Shown: piece by piece, positions 36,454-48,699 of the stretch
Layout: every line of letters begins with the position of its first letter
How positions within the stretch are numbered: position 1 is the stretch's first letter
NCBI GenBank assembly: GCA_035221665.1
Contig: CM069135.1
Span: forward strand, 49,290,001-49,354,000
Length of the DNA stretch: 64,000 nt
Reading direction: 5' to 3'
Source: Okamejei kenojei
Lineage: Eukaryota
Position numbers and translations under genes: made by a program
The notes under the pieces: model-generated
The model's database searches: none
Told to the model about the DNA's origin: nothing
What the model saw: the letters and a program-made list of their open reading frames with translations, nothing else

Positions 36454-37366
36454 GGCTGTGTGCTCAGTCCTCTCCTCTACTCTCTCTTCACCCATGACTG
36501 CATCCCTAAGTTTAGCTCCAACGCCATCATAAAATTTGCCGACGACACCACAGTGGTAGGACTGATCAGCGATAACGACGAGTCAGCCTACAGGGAGGAG
36601 GTCCAGCACCTGACAACCTGGTGTGCCAATAACAACCTCGTCCTTAACTCCCAAAAGACGAAGGAGATCATTGTCGACTTCAGGAAGAACAGAGGGGGCA
36701 GACACACCCCCATCCATATAAACGGGACTGAGGTGGAGCGGGTCTCCAACTACAAATTCCTCGGGGTACACATCTCGGAGGATCTGTCCTGGTCCCTCAA
36801 CACCTCCAAGCTGGTCAAAAAGGCGCAGCAGCGCCTTTATTTCCTGAGGAGGCTCAAAAAAGCCCACCTGTCCCCCCAGATCCTGACCAACTTCTACCGC
36901 TGTACCATCGAAAGCATCCTGACCACCTGCTTTACGGTATGGTACAGCAGTTGCACCGTAGCAGACAGGAAGGCACTACAACGGATGGTGAAAACCGCCC
37001 AGCACATCATCGGTGCCCCGCTCCCTGCTTTGGATGCCCTCCACCGAAAACGGTGTCTGAGACGGGCTGGGAAGATCATCAAGGACCCCTCCCACCCTAA
37101 CCATGGACTGTTTGTCCTCCTACCATCGGGGAGGCGGTACAGGAGCCTCAGGTCCCGCACCAGCAGGATGAGGAGTAGCTTCTACAATAACACCATCGCA
37201 CTGCTGAACTCGGAGTCCCGCCGATAGATTTCCACATCTGTATTTATTTATCTGTATTTATCTAAACATTGCTATCACTACGTACTGACACTAAACTGCA
37301 TTTCGTTGTACCCATACTTGTATCTGTGCAATGACATTAAATTTGAATTGAATTGAATTGAATTGA
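36454..37366 (+). mobile_element. 5'-truncated Rex1/Babar LINE inserted in DIRS A
   Basis: RT C-terminal ORF, short 3' UTR, (ttgaa)n tail; tga microhomology at both junctions. Confidence 0.9.
36460..37227 (+). CDS. Rex1/Babar reverse transcriptase C-terminal fragment
   Basis: LSPLLYSLFTHDC, KFADDTTVVGLI, KTKEIIVDFRK, KFLGVHIS, KKAQQRLYFLRRL; uninterrupted 255 aa. Confidence 0.85.
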   Translation: MLSPLLYSLFTHDCIPKFSSNAIIKFADDTTVVGLISDNDESAYREEVQHLTTWCANNNLVLNSQKTKEIIVDFRKNRGGRHTPIHINGTEVERVSNYKFLGVHISEDLSWSLNTSKLVKKAQQRLYFLRRLKKAHLSPQILTNFYRCTIESILTTCFTVWYSSCTVADRKALQRMVKTAQHIIGAPLPALDALHRKRCLRRAGKIIKDPSHPNHGLFVLLPSGRRYRSLRSRTSRMRSSFYNNTIALLNSESRR

Positions 37367-38280
37367 GAAAACCTCTGAAAAGTTAGCTCACTGGACCATC
37401 CTGCGGCCGTGAGGATATGGTCTATTGGCAAGTCCATCGCCCTTGCCGCGGAAGTTGATGCCGCCCTGGTGGAATGAGATTTGAATTTATCAGTATCAAT
37501 TCCAGCACTTGCCAGGACCTGCTTTAGCCACCTTGAAATCGTTTGCACCGACACCTTACTGTGTGTTTTTTTGTGACTAATAAACAAAGCCAACTCTGTT
37601 CCTCTCAGAGGTTTAGTAATCTCAATGTAACGAGATAAATGTGAGACTACACACAAGTGATCATCTGCGGGGTATGCTGAAAACACAATCTTACATCCTG
37701 TCATGCCTCTTCTATTATGTTTAAGCAAATCATAGACATAAAATATAATGGCATCAGCCGACACATGCATTCTATCTAGCCGTAGCTTTGCAACCATTTG
37801 TACACGTTGAGCTGAAACCAATGCCATAAGCATGACCACCTTCATAGATAATTTGGCTACTGATAGGCTTGTAACCGGAGCCCACTGGCGAAGAACCATA
37901 AAAACCTCACTCACATTCCAAATAACCGGCATACCTGGGTTTAGGAGGATTAGAATTGAAAAACTCCCTTCATGAATCGTGAAACTAACGGATGTGTCCC
38001 TACTGTATGCAATTCTGCATTCATAGGTAAATAAGAAGACAGAGCACTTCCGGCTGAATAAATCGCACTGTAACTTAATTTTTTGGTCAAAATAAAGAGT
38101 TGACAAACTCCAATACGTCCGTGATCCCTGCAGTGTGATATACAATATTCTGCTGTAGGCAGAATTGCTTGCTCCCACTTCCTTATATAGGTGATATATT
38201 GCTGCTGTGTACTATCCCTGCAGGCCGACGTGAGAACATCCACAGTCCGATGAGACAGTCCTCTCCCCAGGTATGGCCCT
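37364..38280 (-). pseudogene. DIRS tyrosine recombinase
   Basis: ALVSAQRVQ, QTISRWLKQVL..AGID, HSTRAAS, AAGWSSE; N-terminal SAM-like part STQQQYITYIRKW in ORF 37950..38243. Confidence 0.9.
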
Positions 38281-38289
38281 CCTTAAAAT

Positions 38290-40150
38290 CTGCAAATTAA
38301 AGATCAATACGATCATATAAAGGATGTTGATCCCAGTGACTGGATTTACCAGTAGATTTTATTCTTGGGCATAAGCATGTAAGGCTCCCTAACCATTTGT
38401 AATACAACGGGAAACCATGCTTGTGTAGGCCAATCTGGCACTACCAATACCCCTGAAGCAGAGTCCTCCCTTTGATCTTTTGCAAACATCTGCTGATGAG
38501 ACAGAATGGAGGAAATACATACACAAACATTCCTCCGCAATGCAGCGAAAATGCATCCACTGCTACTGCCCCAGTATCTGGTACCATGAAACATATCTAG
38601 GTAACTGATGATTTAATCGAGATGCAAACAAGTCAATAATCTGGTAATCCATACTGATCAATCATTTGGTTAAATACATCCTGATTTAACATCACATTCA
38701 ATGTTGTCATTAAACTGACGTGACCTCTTCCTGGCAAATAAAGTGCTGAAAAGCCAGATATTTTGGTCAATACACAACAGCTCCAAATCTGTTAGCCCAG
38801 TCTATCACAAGACTGTGACTTAACTCCACCCATGTGGTTTACATATGCCACTGCTGTGGTGTTGTCAATCTGACCTGCACATGCATATCCCTCCTTGTAG
38901 AACAATAAGCTTTGAGTCCCATACCAGTGCCCAACAACTCTAAATAATTAATCCCTCTTAATTGAGGAAGCGATGTCTCATCCACATTCCATCTGCCTCC
39001 ACAACTAGAAGAAACATATCTGTTGCACCCCAACCCAGTGCACTTACATCAGTCTGTAATATCAGTGACGGTGATTCCACCAAAACCTTCCTTAAATTTT
39101 TGAAACATGTACTATCCACCATTGTATGTCAGCAATCGCCCCAGCTGACAACATGCATAGGCCTATCAAAATGGCCCCTTTGTATTCTCAGTGCCTGTTC
39201 CTTTGATCGTTGTAATTGTTGATAATGCAGAGGTCCATACTGCACAGCTGGAAAGGCTGCAACAACTTCCCAATTAAACTGGCTACTTGTCTAATCGAGG
39301 CCGTCTGTTCTCGCAATGAGTTAACAATAGTCCTCAAATAACTGATTCAATATATCCCTGGGCAAAAGTTCCCAACATGTGAATTGAAATTATGTAAATC
39401 CCAGGATAAATCATATTTGACTGGGGTGATAATTTAGATTTATCTGGGTGAATAACAAATCCATTTTTTCATAAGTAGATTTCAAACAACTGAAATCGAA
39501 TGATTGAGTTTCAGGCATGAGTCTTTCCAACAATCAGGAATACATCTATATAGGCCCCTTACATCATGCCATGAAGCTTGAAGATGCATATCCAGTTTTA
39601 AACATATTTATTAAATAATTCCAAGGAGCGATAGGTAAATCCATTCGCATGCCTGAATTGCCACAGCTCACAACCCAAATAAATTACACAATTATCATTC
39701 TAATCATCTAATGTGAAATAGACAACTGCGTATAAGCATTCTTTTAAATCAATGGTGGCCATTATCATACCCTTGACACTAATGTTTGCCGTGGAAATCT
39801 CCAATTTTGAAATTGCCTTTAACAAACATAATAATTTGTTCAATTTCGATAAAGCCATAATAAATTCCTACATCCCTCCCAGTCTATTTTTAGATCAGGG
39901 TAATATATCTTTGACAGAAAATTGATTGACTCTTGATAGACAGTATAAGGCTTCTATTACCCTTTCTTATGGTTACACGACTATTCTCTCTCTGAATAAG
40001 GACATTTTCTTCATCTGAAAAAAAAGTTTTACGGACTAGGTAAATTGTTGATTTAGTAACCTGCCGTAGTAACAAATTTCAATTTTTCAACCCTTCACAT
40101 GCACTAAGTATGGACAAATCATGATGACAACAGCTGCTGCCATTGTTTAA
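38290..40150 (-). pseudogene. DIRS A RT / RNase H / adenine-methyltransferase-like remnants
   Basis: INYLELL, DLFASRLNHQLPRY, LVVPDWPTQAWFP, IDLK.AY; many indels. Confidence 0.75.
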
Positions 40151-40384
40151 AAACAATGTTTAACCTTTCCCCATTTGAAGAACAGGAACATCAGTTAATT
40201 TCATCTCTGTCAATTACAATTCGTTACTGCAATCTTTCCATGCGGACCTTGTTGTCCCTCGCCTTTCTTGTATGAGAACCATTTTTGGCTGCTTGCCCGC
40301 TGGGCTTAATGGGGCTCAGGGTTTTGACAACCGCTGAATTGGTGTACAATTTGGTCGCCTAGTTATAAGAAGGAAGTCAACTAA

Positions 40385-40868
40385 ATAGAGATGTACAGAG
40401 ACGATTTACTAGAATGTTGCCAGGTTCCAGCAACTAGTTACAGGAAGATTGAACATGTTAGGGCTTTACTTTGAGCGCAGAAGTTAAGGGGGACCTGTTT
40501 GTGGTCTTTTAAATGTTGAAAGATTAGACAGAAGTTGACGTGAACGTTTTTCTTCTCATGATGAGGGAAGATCATCAAACCAAGAAGGCATGACTGAGAA
40601 ATACGGACAGCGTTTGGGGTAAACGGAGGGGAACTACTTTACTATAGGGTGGTGGCTGTGGGAACTCATCTTTTCAAGCGAACGTGTGGCGCAGGATCGA
40701 TTTAAACATTTAAGATAAAGTGGGATATATATGGACGTGGAAGGGAATGGATGGGTATGGGTTTGAGTCGCAGGAGCATGGACGAGGCGAAAACAAAATG
40801 GTCGCACGGACTGACGGGTCGAGAGTGCCGGTTCCGTGTGCTGTTATTGTTATTTCGTTATTGGTTTT
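40385..40868 (+). mobile_element. CR1 3' end (garbled) inserted in DIRS A
   Basis: Colinear with the reverse complement of 243-813 but with scattered indels. Confidence 0.75.
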
Positions 40869-41699
40869 GGACAGCCTGACCAATTTTTGAAAGTTAACTA
40901 ACCACCAAACAAAACGATATTTCGAGGTGGCTACACTGGTAGGTTTGCACAAACACGCCCAAATTCATAGTAGCACTTAAATATCGGCCTCCCGAAATTA
41001 TTAATTATCTAAAATCATTACAAAGGTAATCCCAGTTTCACCTGTGTGCTTCAAACCATATCGCTTGTTTCAATTAACTTTTCACCACAGCTTGGTATAA
41101 CCGCTGACCACAGTTTTAAGCAGGGGGTAAGCACTTTTTTAACCTTTCATTCTCTGGGCCTATCAGGGCACTACGCACCATCTCATGACACAAATTTTGG
41201 GGATTAACACCGGTACTCAGGAGGATCACAAATTAACAGGGCTTATAGTTTTTTTGCTTTATTCATCCATAGCTAGCTCCGTAAACTGATGGAGAGCAAT
41301 ACGAATTGCATCGTCACCATTCTACTTCAATTGCCTTTCCTGCCTCTCTACCTCGAGAAACTTCCCAGCAAAGTTCGGAATTACTCCAATCAGAAACGTC
41401 CTTTACTGCTCTCGTCACCCAGCATAGATTCAGTGTCCGCAACTGCATGATAAGACATCCTCTCACAGGGCAGGATGAGTTTTGAGAGCCCTGAAACGGT
41501 GCTGACAAGCTCAAGCTTCCCACAGCCTGCTTGGGCACCACCACCTCCGGAGCTGGTCCCTGTCGAGATTTCCTATTTTTAATAGAATCCTACGTGGAGA
41601 GCCGAGAGCAAATCGACTTACACTATGGAGGGATATAACCTCCAGGGCCCCGGCCTCATTTACGGGCCACAAGATACTTGCCAAGGATCCAATACTGCG

Positions 41700-42670
41700 A
41701 CAAGCCCTCGGCAGGGGGGGCTGTGGGGGGCAGGGGCCTCCTCCACTTTGGGTGGTCCAACCTCCTGCTTGGCTGGGGCTGGGTAATAAACTGCCCCCCC
41801 TGGCTCTGAGGGGGGGCGGGCTGGGGTCTGTGGCTCTGGGCCACGGGGGCGGGGGCTGGGTCTGGCCACTGGGGGCTGGACTGGTGCTCTATCGTGGGGT
41901 CTGGGGGCGCACTGGGGGGGCAGGGTCTGCTCTGGGTGGGGGGGTGGGGGTCCACTTGGCTGGGCTCTGGGGGGGAGGACTTGGTGGGGTGTGTTGGGGG
42001 TGAAGGCTCTGGCTGGGGGGCTGGGGCTGGGGCGGGGGGAATGGGGGTGTGGGGGAGGGTGGGGGCTGGGAGGACTGGCTACACTTGGGAGGGGGCTGGC
42101 CACTGCCAGGCCTGCTGGTGGTGGGGAGGGGGGGGCGCCCCACTGCCCTTCCACGGGGGGTGGAGTGGGGGCAGCTGGGGGCTCGCTCACTGACTGCTGG
42201 CTGCTGGGGGGCAAGGCTGGGGGCTGGGCTGGGGCACTGGGGTGGGGGGCTGGGGGCCCTGGGGGGGGTAGGCTGTGCTGACTGGTGGCACTGGGTGCTG
42301 GCACTAGCAGGGGGGCGAAAGGTGTGGGGGGGGGCAGCGGGGGGGGGGTGGAGCTGGTGGGGCACTGGTTCACTGGCTGGCAGAGCTGGAAGACTCGTAG
42401 TCCACTGCTGGGGCTGGGCTTGGGGACTGCTCGGGGGGCTGTGGGGGACTTGGGGGCTGTGTCTGAGCTGGGTGCTTCTGGGGGGTGGAGACTGGACATG
42501 GGGTCGCCCTGGGGGCCACTTGGGGTGGGTGCTTCAGGACCACTGGGGGGGGGCACTGCGGTGGGGTGGGACTCTGGCAGGGACTGGGACTGCACATGCT
42601 GGGGGCTGTGCTGGATGGGTGCTCTGTGGCCACACTGGCTGCCACTAGGGCAGCTGATGGGGCCAAACCA
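41700..42670. repeat. G-run-rich low-complexity tract
   Basis: Dense GGG-GGGGGGGGG runs separated by ct/ca/t on the plus strand; Pro-rich reading on minus. Confidence 0.85.
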
Positions 42671-43246
42671 TTCGCCGCTGTGTAGCCACAAATGTACCAC
42701 CAATGGGCCTTCCATCCTCACACTCCTCCTGTGGTAAACTTCAAAAAAAAACTCCAAACTCGCCGAAATGATGACCTTTAAATTATTAAAAAAAAAAAAA
42801 AAACCTTACCTAGGTAACTGTTAAACGAAGAACTGCAATGCCTGTGAGAATCGACGGTTGAAGGCTTAAATTGGGTTCAACCGAAAACGTCGCCCATCTC
42901 CTTCGCTCCGTACGATGCTGCTGACACCCGCTGAATTCTCCGCTTTCGTTGTATAACCCTCCGGTTTAAACTGCCGTAACGGAGAGCGGCTGTTAGCTCG
43001 CAACCCGGCGGAACCTGACACCGCTGTCTGACGTCCATGCGCAACCACCGGCTTGTACGGCTTCAATGCACTGTATCACGTGACTCGAAGTAATAAATTA
43101 ATCTCCCAGTAATATGAAAACAGCATAAAATGCTGCTGAATAAAAGTTATTGCGGCATGATATTACCGGTTCCATTTGAGCAAATTTACCTGTATCATGG
43201 CGCCGACCTCAATCCAAATTAGTTGGCCAAAAAAAAAAAAAAAAAA

Positions 43247-46200
43247 AAAAATAGTACGCTTTAAACGAGAACGTTATTACCAGTTTGGAAGAGTGATTCT
43301 TTATTTTAACGGCGTAGTGAATTTCGTGAAGACTCCCACCAGCACTCATGCCGAAACCTTCAAAAGCACGGTGGTGGGAACTCAGACGCACCAAGACGGA
43401 AAAATGAAAGAGGAAGTAATAGTAAAACTTGAGTTGACTATGCTAGTGGTGGAGAGGGGGGCACGTAATCCCCACCCGCGACAGTGGCTATTGTAGAACC
43501 TTTAAAAGTGTTCTTCACTGGCCCGCCCGCGGGTGGGCGAGGACTTGTTCCATGGGCACATTCCCCCCCCAGGCCTCGCTGTGATTGAGGATGCGCCTAG
43601 TGGAATAGATAATAATAAAGTAGTACACACGCTTCATCCAACACAACCTGATCACCGGCGTGAAATTAGGTTGTACAGGCAACCCGATGATTGCTGGAGG
43701 TGTGTGCTGAATGATGAAGCCCCTGATTTCTGAAGGCTCCTGTAATCCGATATAGTGTGGAGATGTGTGGACTTATGCAAGAGTTGGCCAATCTACTAGG
43801 TATGCCCGAACTCCAACTGCACCCATGAAACACCGGCCGTGGCTCGTTCAATAAATCCTGGACAGAAAGTACAATTGTATGTGATCAGGGGTGTGGCCTC
43901 CATGCTATCCCACCGCCGCTTTTTGAAAGTCCTAACTCGTTGGGCCTGTATCAGTGCCATCTGCAGCCCAACTTGAGGGTGAGCTGTGCCCCATTCATTC
44001 CTTTGAGCCAGCTCCTCGTCGGGTCAGACACGACCTCTACATCCCAGGTGAAGTGTAACTGGGTCGTGAGGGTTGGTATGAACATGTCTCAATGAGTTTT
44101 TAACAACCAGGTTGGTTTGAGCCTATGCCCTTATTCCAGGTATGAGGACAGTGTACTCCTGGCGGTTGATGGCACTGCAGCTAAGGCTAGCATCAAAATG
44201 GAGGCCAGCTAGGAATTCCAGGACATCAGGGATAGTTGCGTGTTGGACGTCTTGTTGGTTACGAGCACAGAATGCCTCCCACTTCCTGATCTGCGTGAGT
44301 ACTGCTTCCGAGTGATTCTCGGCATGATGCTGAGATGAGTTCCATGGCTCATGGTGAGATGCCTGCCTTGATGAGTGTGGTCATTTTAGAACGTGCAGGC
44401 CAACAAGTTTAGGTGACCATGGCATGGATGACTATCCCCCGTAATGGGGTGAGTAATCAATTTGGGGTGTTTTTACCAATCGAAATCCAAGGTTTCAAAA
44501 TTTTAACGACCATTCGGGTACCATGGCTGTGTAGGCCAGTCGGGAATGATCAATATGCCAGTTGCAGAGTCCAGTTTAATTTTCTGCAATACCCGACTGA
44601 TGAGGCAAAATGGGAAATGCGTAGCAAAACCATTTCCCCCATGGATAGAAAACGCATCCATTGCTATTGGCCCAGGGTCTGGTTTCCCAAGACACATACT
44701 TTGGTATCTGATGGTTCAACCTGGTACGCAAAAAGGTCGTATCTGGTGTCGTCCACGATGTGAGCTATAATGTCTCCAAAAATTTGGGGGTTTCAACATC
44801 CACTCGATGTTGTCATTGATACCCGTGACCTGGAGTCCACCACTGTATTAAGCTTCCCTGGCAAATAGGTCGCTGTAATCCAATATTCCTCTTGATGCAC
44901 CAGTGCCAATTGTGTTTGCCAATTCATCACAAGATAGCGACCTGATACCACCCATATGATTGATGTAAGCCACCACTGTTGTGTTATCTATTTGGAGGCG
45001 GACATGTAAGTCCCGTGAGTTAGTACAGTAAGCCCGCAGTCCATGAAATGCCCCCAGCATTTCTATATAATTTATCCCATGTGACTGAAGGAAGGTAGAC
45101 TCACGAGAGTTCCATCTGCCACCACAACTGGACATAGTATCAGTTGCTCCCCAGCCTTGTGCGCTTGCTGTCCCGGGTCATCTTCAAATACAGCGGCTCG
45201 GCAACTGCTGGCACTTCTGGCTGGAGAAGACGAGATACTGAAAGGACTCCTTGCGCGGCTTGTGGAAGCCCATGAGTTCCGTTCTTCCCGGTCTCTGTCC
45301 TGCTGGAGGAGTTGCTCAACTAAGAGCTCCAAGCTCTATGCGACCGTCCCTGCTATGTGCAGCGGACAAGCCGACTTCCCCTGGCCCTACGATATCACTG
45401 GGGCTTCCACCATCGGACCACACCTCCATAAGGTGCTGTCTAGGGTCCAATGGCAGGTCGCCGTGGCCTACCGCCCGAGTAGGCTCATATGACTCCCGCA
45501 CGGACTCTCCGCTAGTCTGTCTTCTTCCAGACTGTGGCGGCCCACCTGTCTGATACGAAGGCAGGTGAGTTGGATCGGCGCCGGCCCCCGGAACCTGGCT
45601 CCCCGGAGTCCGTGCAAGCTTACCTCCACTATCGGCCCAATATTCGGCGTGGAGGCGCATGGTCGGCCGCTCCCAGAGCTAAGCTGACCGACCCTCTACT
45701 GCTGCCACCACCGCCCTTGACCGCAGCCTGACGGGGTGTTTTGCCGGCAGCACCTGCTCATACAGGTCTGCTTCGACGCCAGCAGTAGATCTGCCAGACT
45801 GCTCTACAGCAGATCTCCCTGGCAGTGGTACGTGGTGGTGCACAGCTGAGGGCTCCTTTGTAGTGCATCTGTCCCCCGCGCCCCAGTCCCCTAGGCGTCT
45901 GCAGGAACTTGGGTTGAGGTCGCTGGCAATGAGCGAGGCTCCTTCCCACGTACCTGCTTTCTCCCTCTTTTCTTGGGGGAAGGGGGCTCAAAGTCTGGAT
46001 CAGCAGTCTCCAGCTCCGGTGCGGTGACCATCAGGTGATGAGTCGGGCGCGAGAGTAGCGGGAGCGCGCCGACATCCGCGCCATTCTTGCACACACGTCC
46101 GAAGCTGCTGGTGGTGCTTGCAGCTCCGGGGACAAAGGCCGTTGGCTGGTCGAAGCAGCTCGGCTCCTGGAGAGCGTTGCCTTCCGCTTGCCCTTGTCCA

Positions 46201-46367
46201 TCCTGTGGGAGTAAAGGTAAGCACTTACCTGCCTGTCTTATGAAGGAGCTGGAGGAGAGAGTGCACTCCCCCCCCCCCAGCTTGTCGAGCAAATGCGCGC
46301 GACGATATGTCGCGCATGCGTGCTGGCGGGGTCTTCACGAAGTCACTCACGTGACTCCGAGTAAAAT
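43247..46367 (-). mobile_element. DIRS1-type retrotransposon copy B (internally deleted)
   Basis: Left terminus gtcactcacgtgactccgagtaaaat (46342-46367); RH motif RLQIDNTTVVAYINHMGG; MT motif FPFCLISRVLQKI...PDWPTQPWYP; garbled right terminus at ~43250-43520; gag joined to RH near 45135 with RT missing. Confidence 0.82.
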
Positions 46368-46502
46368 GTATTTTCTTTCAGACATGCATCCAGACCTTTT
46401 TTGAATCTGCATCCACTACCAATGCTTTCCGCACCATAAACCTATATTGTGTCAAAACAAAATGCTCATGTTCTTTTGCCAATCACTTTCTTTCTATATC
46501 GT

Positions 46503-46800
46503 ATAGAAACATGAAAAGTAGGTGCAGGAGTAGGCCATTTGGTCTTTTGAGCCAGCAATGCCATTCAATATGATCATGGCTGATCATCCAGAATCAATGA
46601 CCCATTCCTGCTTTCTCCCCATATCCCTGGATTTGGTTAGCTATATCTAACTCTCTCTTGAATACATCCAATGAATTGGCCTCCACTGCATTCTGTGGCA
46701 GAGAATTCCACAGATTCAGAACTCTCTGGCTGAAAATGTTTTTCATCATCTCAGTCCACACCTTATTATTAAACTGTGACCCCTGGTTCTGGACTCCCCC
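46503..46800 (-). mobile_element. CR1 3' end
   Basis: atagaaacat...gtaggtgcaggagtaggccatt; gcagagaattccacagattca. Confidence 0.8.
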
Positions 46801-47082
46801 ATATAGCTTTTACCCCCTATGGCAATTGCAATTTCCTTTGGGCCTACTATTTCTAATGCCCAGGCAGTTGTAACCCCAGATCTCTCTGTTCTTGCATTAC
46901 TTTGAAAGTGTGCCCTCTACTTTTCTCTTCTTTTCTCATTCTCCCCATCAAAATCTAGCTCATCACATTTCTCAGCATGAAATTTCACCTGCCACCCATC
47001 TGCCACTCCACCAGCCTATCTTTATCTTCTGTCTAATATTACTAATATCCATACAGTATAACCTTTATTCCCTGTTGTGCGT

Positions 47083-47420
47083 ATAAAATTATGAAGGCAT
47101 AGATAGTGAGCATGCACAGTCTTTATCCCAGAAAAAGGCAATAAAAAACTAGAGGGAATGGGTTTAGGCTGAGAGGGGAAAGATGTACAAGGGTACTGAG
47201 GGGCAACCTTTTTCTCTCAGAGATTGGTATGTATGGGCAGAATGAGAGGAAGTGGTTGCGGTGGGTTCAATTACAATATTTAAAAGACATTTAGACAAGT
47301 ACATGGATGGGAAAGGCTTAGTGGGATATGGGTCTGATTTGTGCAAATAGCTTTAAAAAAAACATCTTGGGCAGCATGGGTGAGTTAGCCTTAAAGGTCT
47401 GTTTTCATACTTTATAACTG
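47083..47420 (+). mobile_element. CR1 3' end
   Basis: tataaaattatgaaggcatagatag...tttaaaagacatttagacaagtacatggat. Confidence 0.75.
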
Positions 47421-47929
47421 ATTCCCATGAACTGCAAAATTAAATATTGTGCCTATTGTATCCACATTCAAATGATAAACATATATATTATGAAAAGCAG
47501 CAAGATGTAGTACCAACGCCTGTGATACTGCACTGTACACCTCTCTTGTCCATAAAACAAACCTTTACCACTACCCTCTAGTTCCTGTTGTACAATTTTG
47601 TATCCATACTGTTTCAGACATTTTTCTTCCATCTGTGATTCAATCTTGATGACAAGCCTTTTGCGGCACGATAGGAAATGCTGTTTGGAAATGCATAATA
47701 TTATAGCGGCACCTGCTGGTGCTCGCAGGTAGTCGGACCCTGCGGTTGGGTTCCTCGGGCATGTGACTCTGGGAGGGGTTGCGTTTTTGCTTGCTTTCTG
47801 GGCTGTGCCCCTTCTGTCGCTCCAGACCACCGTTGTTTTGTTGGTGTGTTTGAGACCCATCGTTAGTTTAATAGTTTTTGATTAAAAAACTTGATTTAAA
47901 TCATCGACACCTGTCTCCATCCACCAAAT

Positions 47930-47941
47930 TGGTGACCCCGA
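47930..47941 (+). promoter_or_regulatory. Primer-binding site complementary to the tRNA-Trp 3' end
   Basis: tggtgaccccga, 3 nt after the LTR-terminal CA. Confidence 0.75.
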
Positions 47942-48699
47942 TGCGTCCATCCAAAGTCGGACGAAGAAATGCAGGACAATTATCTTCCCACCGGCGCTTC
48001 CAGTGCCCATTAGAACGCTGTCAGCTTGAGATTGCCGGCATTTTGGCCCAATCAATCCCCGGTGTGATTCGCCCATGTCGAGGCGCAGTTTCATCTGCAC
48101 CACGTCGTGGCAGATGAGACGAGATACTTCCACGTGGTGGGAGCCCTGCTGCAGGAGTCCGCCTCCCGTCTAATGCCCTACCTTCGGGACCCTGCAACCG
48201 CCAAGTAAGACGGCCTCAAGGCCCTCCTGCTGCGTACGTTCGGACTCAGCCGACGGGACAGGGACGCCCGCATCCTGCAATGGACAGCTTGGGAGATCGC
48301 CGGCCGTCCGTGCTGAAGGCCAGGATGCTCGCGCTTATGGACAGCCAAGGCCGTGTGCCTGTTGTTTGAACAGGCGTTCCTCGAACAGATGCCCGATGAT
48401 GTCCGTCTGATGCTGGCCGGCGTGGACTTCAACGATCCCCAGCAGGTCGCAGAGCGAGCAGATGAGCTCTAGATGGCCAGACATCAGGATGACTGCACCA
48501 TTGACCACATGCCCGCACCAGCGCGCCTTTCACCTTGGCGGCTACGCCCTCACCTCCACTGAGGAGCCGCAGAAGTGTCCCGAGACTCATGGTAGGCACC
48601 GTTGCTGCTACTACCACCTCCGTTTCGGCATGGAGGCTCGCCGCTGTCGTAAGACCTGCACATTTCAGGAAATGCATCAGCCGATCATCTGTAAAGGCG

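Larger units (their letters stand above)
35890..43098 (-). mobile_element. DIRS1-type retrotransposon copy A (with Rex1, CR1, Penelope and G-rich inserts)
   Basis: Right terminus and ICR at 35890-36224; YR, MT, RH/RT remnants; degenerate left terminus tcacgtgactcgaagtaataaat at ~43077-43098. Confidence 0.85.

Noticed and set aside
37291-38178. Phage integrase / bacterial or prophage contamination
   Set aside because: The tyrosine recombinase lies in DIRS order (gag-RT-RH-MT-YR-ICR) amid vertebrate SINEs and LINEs.
41656-42757. Host Pro-rich or collagen/formin-like gene
   Set aside because: Several frames on both strands are open owing to composition; no Gly-X-Y period or recognisable domain.
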